From the NCBI GenBank assembly GCA_026981985.1, contig JALSHZ010000063.1, positions 2,069 to 66,068 on the forward strand: a stretch of DNA of 64,000 nt, given 5' to 3'. Positions 12,048 to 22,830 of the stretch are shown piece by piece. Position 1 is the stretch's first letter; every line of letters begins with the position of its first letter. A model generated the notes under the pieces. That model searched no databases, was not told where the DNA came from, and worked only from the letters and a program-made list of their open reading frames with translations. The position numbers and the translations under genes were made by a program. Source of the stretch: Gammaproteobacteria bacterium. Lineage in GTDB: Bacteria > Pseudomonadota > Gammaproteobacteria > UWMA-0217.

Positions 12048-12386
12048 TCAGAAGGTGGTGGAATTCCAGCCCCACATATGGCGTGCTGGATTACTGAATT
12101 CGATATAGGTGCGTGCGGCGGGAACGTCCAGGTGCCGGGTGACCAGATCGCAGAGTGTCGCTGAAAACTCGGCGGTTCGCTCTTCTGGCAGACCCAGGCT
12201 TTTCAGCTCGATATAGGCGAGCGGTGCCGTGGTGCCGGCGAACAGCATTTCGGGATTGTGCCGCATTGTCACCATGACGTAGTTTTCGGGTTTTCCCAGC
12301 AACGTGGCTGTGGCGCTGGAAAGCTCAGCCAGCATCTCGTTTGGGTCGGTTACTTCAACGTTGGTCTCGATCTTGAGCAGCGGCAT
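12048..12386 (-). CDS. MIF/phenylpyruvate tautomerase-family protein
   Basis: Starts M-P-LLKIETN (catalytic Pro1); [10 protein letters not shown]; C-terminal WGWNSTTF. Confidence 0.85.
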   Translation of the reverse strand: MPLLKIETNVEVTDPNEMLAELSSATATLLGKPENYVMVTMRHNPEMLFAGTTAPLAYIELKSLGLPEERTAEFSATLCDLVTRHLDVPAARTYIEFSNPARHMWGWNSTTF

Positions 12387-12403
12387 GGTCTGAGATTCTA
12401 TTG

Positions 12404-12898
12404 TTAAGGCTGACACATCTTATCAAGATCCTCACGGTATTGCTGCATACGCGCTTCGCGCTCTTCTGGCGTCAGCACCCTGGGTTGCTCACTGTCGCTG
12501 CTGCGTACACGGATACGGGTGTTCTGTTCCAGAATGCGAAGATTATTCCGCAGCGCATTGCAAGCTTCCTGCTGTTGCTTGCGACGGGCGGCCTCCTCCT
12601 TTGCGATGGTCTCGGCGTCTTGTTGCTCAGGGATGAGGACATTATATTGCTTGGCGGAGTCGCCTTGCTCTGCTGTATCTTCCATGTTGCCGGGTGGTAT
12701 TGGCGTTGGTTTGCTGGCACTGTCTGGTTTGCCCGATACTTCGAGTATCTTGATGCCTTTTCCAGTGGGGGGAACCTGGCTGTAGTGTATGCCGCCGTCG
12801 GCATCCATCCACTTGTAGGTGGTCGCCAGCAGTGCGCTTGATTGTCCTGACATCAACAGCGCCAGTGTCAGGGTGATGATGATCCGTTTGCTGTTCAT
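12404..12898 (-). CDS. DUF4124-type exported protein
   Basis: Signal peptide then YKWMDADGGIHYSQVPP; coiled coil with two Cys. Confidence 0.8.
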   Translation of the reverse strand: MNSKRIIITLTLALLMSGQSSALLATTYKWMDADGGIHYSQVPPTGKGIKILEVSGKPDSASKPTPIPPGNMEDTAEQGDSAKQYNVLIPEQQDAETIAKEEAARRKQQQEACNALRNNLRILEQNTRIRVRSSDSEQPRVLTPEEREARMQQYREDLDKMCQP

Positions 12899-13053
12899 CG
12901 CGGCTGTCCGGTTCGATAGTGGAAACCCTTGCATTATAGTGAACCTCAAGGGGTGCAAGTCAGTACCATGCCCCCATATTTAGTGTTTCGAATCCTGGCA
13001 GGCGATGGAATGCCGACGAATTCACGATATTTGTTGATTACCTGGCGGGATCA

Positions 13054-13085
13054 CAGGGAATATTAGCGATTGCTGATATTCCCTG
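13054..13085. promoter_or_regulatory. 32-bp near-perfect palindrome upstream of the RND operon (putative operator)
   Basis: CAGGGAATATTAGC-gatt-GCTGATATTCCCTG, 37 bp before the adaptor start. Confidence 0.5.
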
Positions 13086-13122
13086 ATACTATCCGCAAAA
13101 TTTTGAGATGTGAGGGAAAGCA

Positions 13123-14199
13123 ATGCGTAACTATCTGATTCTATGTCTGACGCTGCTGGCCGGGCCGGTGCTGGCAGATTCAGTCGCGAGCGATGAAAAC
13201 GAGGCGCCATTGCCTTTCGATGTGACGGCGGCTGCCATTGAGAAGGTTGACTACGAGCGGGTTCTCAACGGCACCGTCGATGCGGTCAATGAAACCACGG
13301 TGTCTGCCGAGACCTCCGGCACCATCACCGATCTCTATTATGACGTCGACGACTATGTGAAGCAGGGTGATGTCATCCTCCGCATCAAGGCAACAAAACA
13401 GAAGGCGGGACTCAAGGCGGCCAATGCTGCGGTTTCCGAGGCACGGGCAAGGTTGAGTGAGGCGCGTCAGGAATACAAGCGGGTCAAGGACATTTTCGAG
13501 CGCAAGCTGGTATCGAAGTCTGATCTGGATCGTGCCACCGCCAGTTTGCGTGCTGCTGAAGCCCGCCTGGATGCCGCACTGGCAGCGCGTGCCAAGGCAC
13601 AGGAGCAGACCGAGAGCACCGTTGTACGGGCGCCTTACAGCGGCATCGTCAAGATTCGTCACGTCCATCTCGGAGAGTTCGTCAATGTGGGGCAACCGTT
13701 GATGACCGGCGTTTCGCTGGAGAAACTCCGGGTCAATGTGAATGTGCCCCAAAGCCTGATCAACAAGGTCAGGAAGCTGAAGAAGGCGCGGGTGTTGGTC
13801 GAAGGGGATCATCGTGGCATTCCCGTCGAAGGTCTGACGTTCTTTCCTTATGCCGATCCGGTGACCAACACGTTCAAGGTGCGGGCGAATCTTGCCGAAG
13901 GCGTCGAGGGCCTGTTTCCCGGTATGTTCGTCAAGGTGGCGTTTGTCGTTGGTGAGAAGAAGCAGCTGGTTGTTCCCGAACAGGCTGTTGTCTATCGCGG
14001 CGAGGTTACAGGGGTCTATGTCGTCGATGACAATGGTCGTGTGGCATTGCGTCAGATCCGCGCGGGCAAGACCACTCGCGATGGCAAGATCGTGGTGCTG
14101 GCAGGTTTGAGTGAAGGTGAGCGTGTCGCGCTGGATCCGGTTGCCGCAGCCATCTACTTGAAAAAACAGATCGGCAGGGAGGCAAAGCAGCATGACTGA
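13123..14199 (+). CDS. RND efflux periplasmic adaptor subunit
   Basis: Signal peptide; VSAETSGTI and VRAPYSGIV lipoyl-like halves around a coiled coil; LFPGMFV. Confidence 0.93.
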   Translation: MRNYLILCLTLLAGPVLADSVASDENEAPLPFDVTAAAIEKVDYERVLNGTVDAVNETTVSAETSGTITDLYYDVDDYVKQGDVILRIKATKQKAGLKAANAAVSEARARLSEARQEYKRVKDIFERKLVSKSDLDRATASLRAAEARLDAALAARAKAQEQTESTVVRAPYSGIVKIRHVHLGEFVNVGQPLMTGVSLEKLRVNVNVPQSLINKVRKLKKARVLVEGDHRGIPVEGLTFFPYADPVTNTFKVRANLAEGVEGLFPGMFVKVAFVVGEKKQLVVPEQAVVYRGEVTGVYVVDDNGRVALRQIRAGKTTRDGKIVVLAGLSEGERVALDPVAAAIYLKKQIGREAKQHD

Positions 14200-17100
14200 T
14201 TCAGCGATGGGTATCTCCGGCCGCATCGCAGCGAAATTCCAGAACAACGCCATTACGCCATTGCTGGCATTGGTGGGGCTATTGCTGGGGCTGTTCGCGG
14301 TCATGATTACGCCACGGGAGGAAGAACCGCAGATCAATGTGACGTTCGCGAATGTCTTGATCCCGTTTCCTGGCGCCACGGCATCAGAGGTGGAGCATCT
14401 CGTTGCCGGCCCGGCGGAGCAGGTGTTGTCCGAAATTTCGGGCATCAAGCACGTCTACTCGTCTTCCTATCCGGGGCGCGCGATTCTCACGGTACAGTTC
14501 AAGGTGGGTGAGAACCGCACCGATGCACTGGTGCGGCTGTACAACAAGATCGCCTCGAATATCGACTGGTTGCCTCCTGGCTTGGGTGTGCTGCAGCCAA
14601 TCATCAAGCCGAAGGGCATCGATGACGTGCCGATCGTGACAGCGACGCTGTGGACCGATGATCAGAGCAAGAGTGCCTATGACCTGTTGCAGGTGGCGCA
14701 TGCGGTGGAGACCGAGTTGAAGCGTGTGCCCGGCACGCGGCAAATCTACACCATCGGCGGTGCGCCACAGGTGGTTTCGGTTCGGCTCGACCCCCAGAAG
14801 CTGGCGGGTTATAGCCTGTCGATCGATGATATCGCGGCTTCACTGCGCGCCGCCAACAGCTCGCGTGATGCAGTCAACGTCGTCACTGACAATGAGGAGA
14901 TTCAGGTTCAGGCTGGTGCTTTCCTGACCACTGTCGAGGAGGTCGGGAGCCTCGTGGTCGGCGTATTCAGCGGCAAGCCGGTTTACCTGGAAGAGGTGGC
15001 CCAGGTCCAGCGCGGGCCGGATCAGCCAAGCCAGTATGTTGCCTACAGCGAAAAAGGCACGGTCAGCAATACCCCCGCGGTGACCATCGCAGTGGCCAAA
15101 CAGCCAGGCAAGAACGCGGTCGAAATCGCCGATAAAGTGATCGAACGTTTCGAGCAGCTCGACGGTATTTTCATTCCCGACGGTGTCAATGTCGAGATTA
15201 CGCGCAACTACGGTGCTACCGCGAAGGCCAAGGCGGACAAACTGATTCAGAAATTGCTGTTCGCCACGGCCTCGGTCGTATTGCTGGTGTGGCTGACGAT
15301 GGGCTGGCGCGAGGCGGGCATCGTTGGTATCGCGGTGATCATCACGTTGATGATCACCCTGTTTGCCTCTTGGGCCTATGGGTTCACGTTGAACCGCGTG
15401 TCGTTGTTCGCACTGATATTTTCTATCGGGATTCTGGTGGATGACGCCATTGTGGTGGTGGAGAACATCCATCGGCATCTCAGCATGGGCGGCAAGAAGA
15501 TTCTCGACGTCATTCCGGCTGCCGTCGACGAAGTTGGCGGGCCGACGATTCTGGCGACTTTTACCGTCATTGCTGCATTGATGCCGATGGCCTTCGTTTC
15601 CGGTTTGATGGGGCCATACATGAGCCCAATTCCAATCAACGCCAGCATGGGTATGTTGATCTCACTGGTGGTGGCCTATGTCGTCACGCCGTGGCTGACC
15701 TACAAGGTGCTGCGCAAGGTGGATTTCAGTCAGCATCATGGCGAATCCATCCCGGGCTGGCTTGGCAGTCTGTTTAACAAAGGGGTTGGTATTTTCCTCA
15801 ATGGCGACAAGGGTAAAGGAAAGCGCCGCAGCCTGTTCGTGGTGATTATGGTCCTGATTGCGCTGTCGGTCTCGCTGGCCGTATTCAAGGTAGTAGTATT
15901 GAAAATGCTGCCGTTCGACAACAAATCGGAATTTCAGGTCGTCGTCAATATGCCGGAAGGCACGACACTCGAGCAGACCAAGCGGGTGCTCGACGAGCTG
16001 GCCGGTTATCTGGAGACGGTGCCGGAAGTTGAAAACCTGCAAGTCTATGCCGGCACTTCGGCACCGATCAACTTCAATGGCCTGGTGCGGCAATACTACC
16101 TGCGCAAGGGTTCCTATCTGGGCGATATCCAGGTCAATCTGGTCGACAAGCACCATCGTGATCGCAAGAGTCATGACATCGCGCTGGCGGTACGGGCACC
16201 ATTGCAGGAAATTGCACAGAAGCACAATGCCATCGTGAAGCTGGCCGAAGTGCCGCCTGGGCCACCGGTGCTGGCGCCGATCGTCGCCGAGATCTACGGA
16301 CTGGATTATGAAGGTCAGATCAAAGTGTCTGAAGCGTTGGCAGGAGTGTTTGCCGGTACGGCGGATATTGTCGACATCGACGATAGTGTCGAATACCCGC
16401 AGAAGCGCTATATCCTGCATGTCGATAGAGAGAAAGCGGCATTGCTTGGTCTGCATCAGCAGCAAGTCTCCACCGCAGTCAATACTGTACTGGGAGGCAG
16501 CGCGCCAACCTATCTTCATGGTCATAACGTGAAGTATGCGATTCCGGTCAAGATGGAATTCTCCGAAGCTGACAAAGCAGATATCGAGTCATTGCTGGAT
16601 CTGCGCATCCGCAGCAAGTCCGGACAGTTGGTGCCAATGTCTGAAATCGTCAGTATCGAGGAGACAACCCGCGAGCATGCGATTCACCACAAGGATCTGC
16701 TGCCCGTGGTCTATCTGATGGGTGACATGGTGGGCGATCTCGACAGTCCGTTGTATGGCATGTTCGATATTTCATTCGCGCTGAATGAAACGGAGCTGGC
16801 TGGTGAGGGGATTATCGATCAATACTTCATCAATCAGCCCGCCAGTCCCTATACCTACAGCATCAAATGGGATGGCGAGTGGACGGTGACCTATGAGACC
16901 TTTCGTGACATGGGTATCGCCTATGCCTTTGGCATGATCATGATCTATCTGCTGGTGGTCGCTCAGTTCCGCTCCTACGCCGTGCCGCTGGTGATCATGG
17001 CACCGATTCCACTGACAATCATCGGCGTCATGCCGGGTCACGCGTTGCTTGGTGCCAAGTTCACCGCCACCTCGATGATCGGCATGATTGCATTGGCTGG

Positions 17101-17404
17101 GATTATCGTGCGCAACTCGATCCTGCTGGTGGATTTCATCAATGAACAGGTTCGCGCTGGCATGGATCTGCAAGAGGCAGTCATCAAGGCGGGGGCGGTG
17201 CGGGCAAAACCCATTGTGCTGACAGGCCTGGCGGCAATGATCGGTGCGATGTTCATTCTCAATGACCCGATCTTTAGTGGTCTTGCGATTGCACTGATCT
17301 TTGGTTTACTGGTCTCGACAGTACTGACATTACTGGTCATACCGGTGCTGTACTACGCCTATGTCTACAAGCGCGTGGACAAGGTGATCCTAGGGACGGG
17401 CTGA
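14192..17404 (+). CDS. RND efflux permease (AcrB/AcrD/AcrF family)
   Basis: 1070 aa; PREEEPQI, GILVDDAIVVVENI, GIIVRNSILLVDF, RAKPI. Confidence 0.96.
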   Translation: MTDSAMGISGRIAAKFQNNAITPLLALVGLLLGLFAVMITPREEEPQINVTFANVLIPFPGATASEVEHLVAGPAEQVLSEISGIKHVYSSSYPGRAILTVQFKVGENRTDALVRLYNKIASNIDWLPPGLGVLQPIIKPKGIDDVPIVTATLWTDDQSKSAYDLLQVAHAVETELKRVPGTRQIYTIGGAPQVVSVRLDPQKLAGYSLSIDDIAASLRAANSSRDAVNVVTDNEEIQVQAGAFLTTVEEVGSLVVGVFSGKPVYLEEVAQVQRGPDQPSQYVAYSEKGTVSNTPAVTIAVAKQPGKNAVEIADKVIERFEQLDGIFIPDGVNVEITRNYGATAKAKADKLIQKLLFATASVVLLVWLTMGWREAGIVGIAVIITLMITLFASWAYGFTLNRVSLFALIFSIGILVDDAIVVVENIHRHLSMGGKKILDVIPAAVDEVGGPTILATFTVIAALMPMAFVSGLMGPYMSPIPINASMGMLISLVVAYVVTPWLTYKVLRKVDFSQHHGESIPGWLGSLFNKGVGIFLNGDKGKGKRRSLFVVIMVLIALSVSLAVFKVVVLKMLPFDNKSEFQVVVNMPEGTTLEQTKRVLDELAGYLETVPEVENLQVYAGTSAPINFNGLVRQYYLRKGSYLGDIQVNLVDKHHRDRKSHDIALAVRAPLQEIAQKHNAIVKLAEVPPGPPVLAPIVAEIYGLDYEGQIKVSEALAGVFAGTADIVDIDDSVEYPQKRYILHVDREKAALLGLHQQQVSTAVNTVLGGSAPTYLHGHNVKYAIPVKMEFSEADKADIESLLDLRIRSKSGQLVPMSEIVSIEETTREHAIHHKDLLPVVYLMGDMVGDLDSPLYGMFDISFALNETELAGEGIIDQYFINQPASPYTYSIKWDGEWTVTYETFRDMGIAYAFGMIMIYLLVVAQFRSYAVPLVIMAPIPLTIIGVMPGHALLGAKFTATSMIGMIALAGIIVRNSILLVDFINEQVRAGMDLQEAVIKAGAVRAKPIVLTGLAAMIGAMFILNDPIFSGLAIALIFGLLVSTVLTLLVIPVLYYAYVYKRVDKVILGTG

Positions 17405-17667
17405 TCAACCTGTCATGGCAAGAGCCGATGGATGCCTGCCATTGGCTCTTGCCCGGATGTCTCACCAGTTCTCTACCTCGAGCTGCCTCGCTACGTGACC
17501 CGGTGAGAAATACGCGCTAGCTCAGGCGTTTTCGCCGAAACATTCCCTAAGTCAGGCGCTGTTTATATAAGCCGCGTTATCTACTACAATAAATCCCTTT
17601 TATGGCTACCCGCATTTTTTGCTGGGTCGAGCCTTGGACGATCTGCGGCAGGTAACAGGAGAAAGGG

Positions 17668-18579
17668 ATGGCTGACAGAAGGCTCCAGGTTTTTCAAACG
17701 GTTGCTACGCATCTGAGTTTCACCAAGGCGGCCGAGGTGTTGCATATGACGCAGCCAGCGGTGACGTTTCAGGTTCGCCAACTGGAAGAGCACTTCAACA
17801 CGCGGCTGTTCGATCGAACGCATAATCGGGTCACGCTGACGGCTGCGGGCGAAGCGGTGTTCGTCTATGCCAAACGGATCTTCGAGCAGTACGAGGAGAT
17901 GGAAAACAGCGTCCGGGAGATCACGGGCGAGGTCAGTGGTTTGCTTACCATCGGCGCCAGCACCACGGTAGCGGAGTATATGCTCCCGGCGCTGTTGGGA
18001 AAGTTCAAAGCGGTGTTTCCGGATATTCGTCTGAGCCTGAAGGTGTCCAATACCGAGAGTGTCGTGGCGATGGTGGAGGACAATGTCATCGACCTGGCGG
18101 TGGTCGAGGCGCCGGTCAGCAACAAGCATCTGCTGGTCGATGTCTGTGATGTGGATGCGCTGGTGGTGGTGGCACACCCTGATCACGAAGCCGCGAAACT
18201 CAACAGCCTGACCGCAGCGCAGTTGATAGAATTCCCCTATATCTGCCGCGAGGAAGGCTCCGGCACTCGGGACGTCATCAAGGAATATATGGCGCAGAGC
18301 AAGCTCGACTCCGATAGCCTCAATGTCTGTCTGGAACTGGGTAGTCCTGAGTCGATCAAAGGCGCCGTCGAGGCGGGCATGGGCATTGCCATTCTGTCGA
18401 AGGTGACAATCGCCAAAGAGCTGGCGCTCGGTACACTGGTAGCGATTCCGCTCGACCCACCGCTGGAGCGGCCATTTTCCTTCGTCCGGCAGCGGCAGAA
18501 ATTCCGTCAGACGGCAACCGAGAAGCTATTGGATTTCGCGCATGAATATTGCAGGCAGAAGAAGCAATCTGCCGAATGA
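17668..18579 (+). CDS. LysR-family transcriptional regulator (CysL-like)
   Basis: SFTKAAEVLHMTQPAVTFQVRQLE HTH; REEGSGTR; ESIKGAVEAGMG. Confidence 0.94.
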   Translation: MADRRLQVFQTVATHLSFTKAAEVLHMTQPAVTFQVRQLEEHFNTRLFDRTHNRVTLTAAGEAVFVYAKRIFEQYEEMENSVREITGEVSGLLTIGASTTVAEYMLPALLGKFKAVFPDIRLSLKVSNTESVVAMVEDNVIDLAVVEAPVSNKHLLVDVCDVDALVVVAHPDHEAAKLNSLTAAQLIEFPYICREEGSGTRDVIKEYMAQSKLDSDSLNVCLELGSPESIKGAVEAGMGIAILSKVTIAKELALGTLVAIPLDPPLERPFSFVRQRQKFRQTATEKLLDFAHEYCRQKKQSAE

Positions 18580-18929
18580 GTAGTGAACGGCAATCAGCGT
18601 TGCTGGCGTTGTTTGAACGCCTCGATGAGCAGCGGCAGCGTTCGCTGCTGGATTATGCCGATTTTCTGGTCGAGCGGCATGGCCTGGCGCAACCTCAAAG
18701 CGGGGTTCCTGTGCCGGAATTGTCACCGCGGCCGGAAAATGAAAGTGTTGTAAAGGCAATGAAGCGTTTGTCGGCTGGTTATTTCATGCTTGATCGTGCA
18801 TCCATATTTCACCAAGCATCCGCTTTGATGACGGAGCATATCATGCAGGGGCGTCCGGCGGCTGAGGTGATTGACGACCTCGAAGCATTGTTCTTGCGTG
18901 AATATCAGAAGTTGACCGAAGACAGATAG
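18576..18929 (+). CDS. Conserved hypothetical protein, translationally coupled to the LysR gene
   Basis: ATGA overlap with LysR stop; PRPENESVVKAMKRLS...HIMQGR..VIDDLE pattern I recall from sulfur oxidisers. Confidence 0.7.
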   Translation: MSSERQSALLALFERLDEQRQRSLLDYADFLVERHGLAQPQSGVPVPELSPRPENESVVKAMKRLSAGYFMLDRASIFHQASALMTEHIMQGRPAAEVIDDLEALFLREYQKLTEDR

Positions 18930-18941
18930 CAGTAGCAATCG

Positions 18942-20039
18942 ATGATCAGTTTCCTTCAGTCCTGGTATTACCGCCATTTTTCCGATCCGCAGGTTGCATT
19001 GCTCGCCGTGCTGCTGCTGACGGGATTCGCGGTGATGTTCTTTGCCGGCCAGATTCTGGCGCCATTACTGGCTGCCATTGTCATTGCCTACCTACTCGAT
19101 GGCGCCGTCGCCTGGGCTGAAGGACGTGGTATTCCACGCTGGCTGGGGGCGACACTGGTGTTCCTGGTATTCGTTGGGGTGATGCTCGCCATCCTGATCT
19201 GGATGGTGCCATTGCTGTTCAAGCAGGCCACGCAGTTCTTCACCGAAGTACCGAACATGGCAAACAAGGGGCAGCAGTTACTGATGCAGTTGCCGGAGCG
19301 GTATCCGACGATCATCACCGAAGACGATGTCGTGGCTGTTATCAGTCAGATTCGTTCTGAACTTGCTAACGTCGGTCAGACGGTATTGTCCGTGTCGGTT
19401 GCCTCTGTCATCAACTTGATTACGGTACTCGTCTACATGGTGCTGGTACCGGTACTGATCTTTTTCCTGTTGAAGGACAAGCCCAAGCTGCTGCGATGGA
19501 TTACTGGCTTTCTGCCGCATGACCGCCAATTGGCGCTGCAGGTGTGGCAGGAGATGAACGCCAAGATTGCCAGCTATGCGCGTGGCAAGCTGCTGGAAAT
19601 TATCCTTGTCTGGTTCGTCACCTACGTCACTTTTCTTATCCTCGGCCTCAACTATGCGCTATTGTTGAGTTTCATCGTCGGCCTTTCGGTGATCGTTCCC
19701 TATGTTGGTGCTGCGGTCGTGACCGTGCCAATCGCCATGATCGCCTATTTTCAATGGGGCATTTCGCCGCCATTTGGCTGGGTGCTGCTGGCCTATGGCA
19801 TCATTCAGTTTCTCGATGGCAATGTACTGGTGCCGTTGCTGTTCTCGGAAGTCGTCAACCTTCACCCAATCGCGATTATTGCAGCGGTGCTGCTGTTTGG
19901 TGGTTTGTGGGGGCTATGGGGTGTGTTTTTCGCGATACCGCTGGCAACGCTGGTGCAGGCCGTGATCAATGCCTGGCCGAAAAACGAAGATCCGTTTGCC
20001 GACACGGTGGATGATCTGGCAGAAACTGCCGATCAGTAG
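18942..20039 (+). CDS. AI-2E/PerM family permease
   Basis: Multi-TM; VPYVGA, QFLDGNVLVPLLFSEVVNLHP, GVFFAIPLA. Confidence 0.92.
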   Translation: MISFLQSWYYRHFSDPQVALLAVLLLTGFAVMFFAGQILAPLLAAIVIAYLLDGAVAWAEGRGIPRWLGATLVFLVFVGVMLAILIWMVPLLFKQATQFFTEVPNMANKGQQLLMQLPERYPTIITEDDVVAVISQIRSELANVGQTVLSVSVASVINLITVLVYMVLVPVLIFFLLKDKPKLLRWITGFLPHDRQLALQVWQEMNAKIASYARGKLLEIILVWFVTYVTFLILGLNYALLLSFIVGLSVIVPYVGAAVVTVPIAMIAYFQWGISPPFGWVLLAYGIIQFLDGNVLVPLLFSEVVNLHPIAIIAAVLLFGGLWGLWGVFFAIPLATLVQAVINAWPKNEDPFADTVDDLAETADQ

Positions 20040-20063
20040 TGTAGTGATTGGGGTGATGTCACA

Positions 20064-20954
20064 TCACAGCTGTTTGTCCACTTCCTCCATTTGTTGTAGC
20101 AGGTTGAGGTAAGCCTGGTATCGGCGCCGCAGGATTTCTCCCTTGTCGACCGCATCCTTGACCGCGCAACCGGGTTCGCGGACATGCAGGCAGTTGTGGA
20201 AGCGGCAATGCACCCGTAGTGCAACAATCTCGCGAAATCCTTTTTGTACATCGGCTGGTGGAATAGGTGGTGGTGTGAAGTCACGGATGCCGGGCGAGTC
20301 GATTAGTTCGCCACCTTCCGGAAGATGATATAGGCGCGCATTGCTGGTGGTGTGCTGACCAAACCCGGTGGTTTCAGACAGGGTTTGCGTGAGGATGTCG
20401 GCCTTGGGGATCAATATGTTGGTCAATGATGACTTGCCCACGCCGGATTGCCCGACCAGCACATTGGTCTTTTTTTTCAGATGTTTGCGTAGTGGCTCCA
20501 GGCTTTCAGGCTGCCTGGTCGATGTGTCGAGCACGGTGTAGCCGATATCCCGGTAGTCTTGATAGATTCGGGCAATCTCGTCGGGGCAGGGCTGGTCCGC
20601 CTTGTGGTGCAGCAGGATGGCGGCAATTTCCATGATTGCAGCCATGACGAAAAGCTGATCGACCATCGACCAGTCGGGGCTTGGTTCGACAGCGCTGGCG
20701 ATGATGATCTGGTCAATATTGGCCGCGATGGTGCGTGGCGTGCCGCGGAAATAGCTGCGCGTCAGACTGTTGCGCCTGGGCAGCATTTTCGTGATCACGA
20801 TGTCCGAGCCATTTTGCTGCCACCGCACGTAGTCACCGCAGACGAGATCCTGCAACTTGCGCCGGCTGGTGGCACGCACAATCTCGCCGGAGGGCAGCTC
20901 GATCAACGCCTCGGCGCCAAAGCGGCTGATGATCCGGCCTTCCCCCTTGTTCAT
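20064..20954 (-). CDS. rsgA: Ribosome small subunit-dependent GTPase A
   Basis: AANIDQ, GQSGVGKSSL, GQHTT, DSPGIR, CRFHNCLHVREPGC. Confidence 0.95.
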   Translation of the reverse strand: MNKGEGRIISRFGAEALIELPSGEIVRATSRRKLQDLVCGDYVRWQQNGSDIVITKMLPRRNSLTRSYFRGTPRTIAANIDQIIIASAVEPSPDWSMVDQLFVMAAIMEIAAILLHHKADQPCPDEIARIYQDYRDIGYTVLDTSTRQPESLEPLRKHLKKKTNVLVGQSGVGKSSLTNILIPKADILTQTLSETTGFGQHTTSNARLYHLPEGGELIDSPGIRDFTPPPIPPADVQKGFREIVALRVHCRFHNCLHVREPGCAVKDAVDKGEILRRRYQAYLNLLQQMEEVDKQL

Positions 20955-22222
20955 GCTGCCGTCGCCTGCCTGTTGGTTGATTCATCCACTGTCCGGCGTT
21001 GCAATTCCTGCAACCGGGCAATGCGGATAGCCGCCGGCGGATGGGAATCATAGAACAGTGAATGCAGCCGATCGGGTGTGAGTGTGCTGGCATTGTCCTT
21101 GTACATCGTCACCAGTGCCGTGATCAGCGCCTTGGCACTGGCTTGTGATGCCGCGTATGCATCGGCTTCGAACTCATGTTGCCGCGAGAGCCAGGCAAAT
21201 AGCGGGCTGACAAAAAACATCACCAGCGGGACGACAATGGAAAACAGAATCAGCCCGGTGGCTGGCGAGGGTGTTGTAACACCAAGTGCCTGGTAGAACG
21301 CTGTTTGTGGCAGCAGCCAGGCCAGTAGCGCGAACCCGGCCAGGCTGGTGATGGCGCTGAGTAGCAACCCCTTGAGAACATGGTGGTGTTTGAAATGTCC
21401 CAGTTCATGCGCCAGTACGGCGATGATCTGCTCCCTGGCGAGACCGTCGAGCAACGTATCGAAAAACACGATGCGTTTGTTTTTCCCCAGGCCGGTGAAA
21501 TAGGCATTGCCATGGCTGGAACGACGGGAACCATCCATGACGAAAATGCCCTTACTGGTGAATCCGGCGTGGTCGAGCAGTTGTTCAATGGCGGTTTTTA
21601 GAGACTCATCCTCCAGCGGCGTGAAGCGATTGAATAGGGGGGCGATCAGTGTCGGATATACCCAGCTGATCAGGATACTGAAACCAAAAAATGCGAGCCA
21701 GGCATAGAACCACCAGTAAGTGCCTGCCGCTTCAAGCAGCCAGAGGATCACGTAGAGCAGTGGTGTGGCCAGAATCAAAGTCAAGGCTAGCCCTTTGAGC
21801 GTATCAGCGATCAGGGTGGCAATGGTGGTGCGGTTGAAGCCGAAGCGTGCCTCAATGACAAACTGGCGGTAGAGACTGAACGGGGCGCTCAATAAGGATG
21901 AAATCAGCCCAAACAGCAGGATGAGAACCACGCCATCGGTTAGTGATGGGAGCCCAAGGCCACTGACCAGCTCGCTCAACCGTTGTAGCCCGCCGCCAAT
22001 GCTCCAGCCCAGTACCAGCAATGCATCGAACAGGATTTCCCAGCGCGCCAGCCGTGCTTTTGCGCAAGTATAGTCCGCCGCCTTCTGATGCGCCTGCAAA
22101 GAAATTGCATCACGGAAAGCTCTAGGTACTGCCTCCCGGTGCTGCTGCACCGCACGGATCTGGCGCTGGTTCAACCAGAGGCGGATGACAGTGACAACGG
22201 TAACAAGCGTCAGGAACAGCAT
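20951..22222 (-). CDS. M48 family (Ste24/CAAX-like) membrane zinc peptidase
   Basis: [32 protein letters not shown]. Confidence 0.95.
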   Translation of the reverse strand: MLFLTLVTVVTVIRLWLNQRQIRAVQQHREAVPRAFRDAISLQAHQKAADYTCAKARLARWEILFDALLVLGWSIGGGLQRLSELVSGLGLPSLTDGVVLILLFGLISSLLSAPFSLYRQFVIEARFGFNRTTIATLIADTLKGLALTLILATPLLYVILWLLEAAGTYWWFYAWLAFFGFSILISWVYPTLIAPLFNRFTPLEDESLKTAIEQLLDHAGFTSKGIFVMDGSRRSSHGNAYFTGLGKNKRIVFFDTLLDGLAREQIIAVLAHELGHFKHHHVLKGLLLSAITSLAGFALLAWLLPQTAFYQALGVTTPSPATGLILFSIVVPLVMFFVSPLFAWLSRQHEFEADAYAASQASAKALITALVTMYKDNASTLTPDRLHSLFYDSHPPAAIRIARLQELQRRTVDESTNRQATAA

Positions 22223-22269
22223 CGAGTTTGCTAGAATCTCCGAATTGTGAAAACACGAGAGTAGCGCAT

Positions 22270-22830
22270 ATGCCACCTGATGAAGATAACCTGATCTGGA
22301 TCGACCTGGAAATGACCGGGCTGGATACCGTCAACGACCAGATCATTGAAATCGCCACCATTGTAACCGACAAGCATTTGAATATCCTCGCCGAGGGGCC
22401 GGTACTCGCCATTCGGCAGCCGGACGCGTTACTCGAAGGCATGGATGACTGGAACCGCAAGCAGCATGGCGACTCCGGTCTGGTTGAACGGGTGCGCAGC
22501 AGCGAGGTCGACGAAGCGGAGGCCGAAGAACAGACGCTGGCTTTCCTGCGCCAGTGGGTGCCTGCGGGCAAGTCACCCATGTGTGGTAACAGCATCTGCC
22601 AGGATCGGCGTTTTCTGGCGCGTTGTATGCCAAAGCTGGAAGCCTTCTTTCACTATCGCAATCTCGATGTCAGTACCTTGAAGGAGTTGGCCCAGCGTTG
22701 GAAGCCAGCGGTGGCAAAGGGGTTCTTCAAGGAATCGCAGCATCTTGCATTGCAGGATATTCGGGACTCCATCGACGAACTGCGGTACTATCGTCGGCAC
22801 TTTATCGCGCTTGATATCGATCAAGACTGA
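22270..22830 (+). CDS. orn: Oligoribonuclease
   Basis: [39 protein letters not shown]. Confidence 0.98.
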   Translation: MPPDEDNLIWIDLEMTGLDTVNDQIIEIATIVTDKHLNILAEGPVLAIRQPDALLEGMDDWNRKQHGDSGLVERVRSSEVDEAEAEEQTLAFLRQWVPAGKSPMCGNSICQDRRFLARCMPKLEAFFHYRNLDVSTLKELAQRWKPAVAKGFFKESQHLALQDIRDSIDELRYYRRHFIALDIDQD

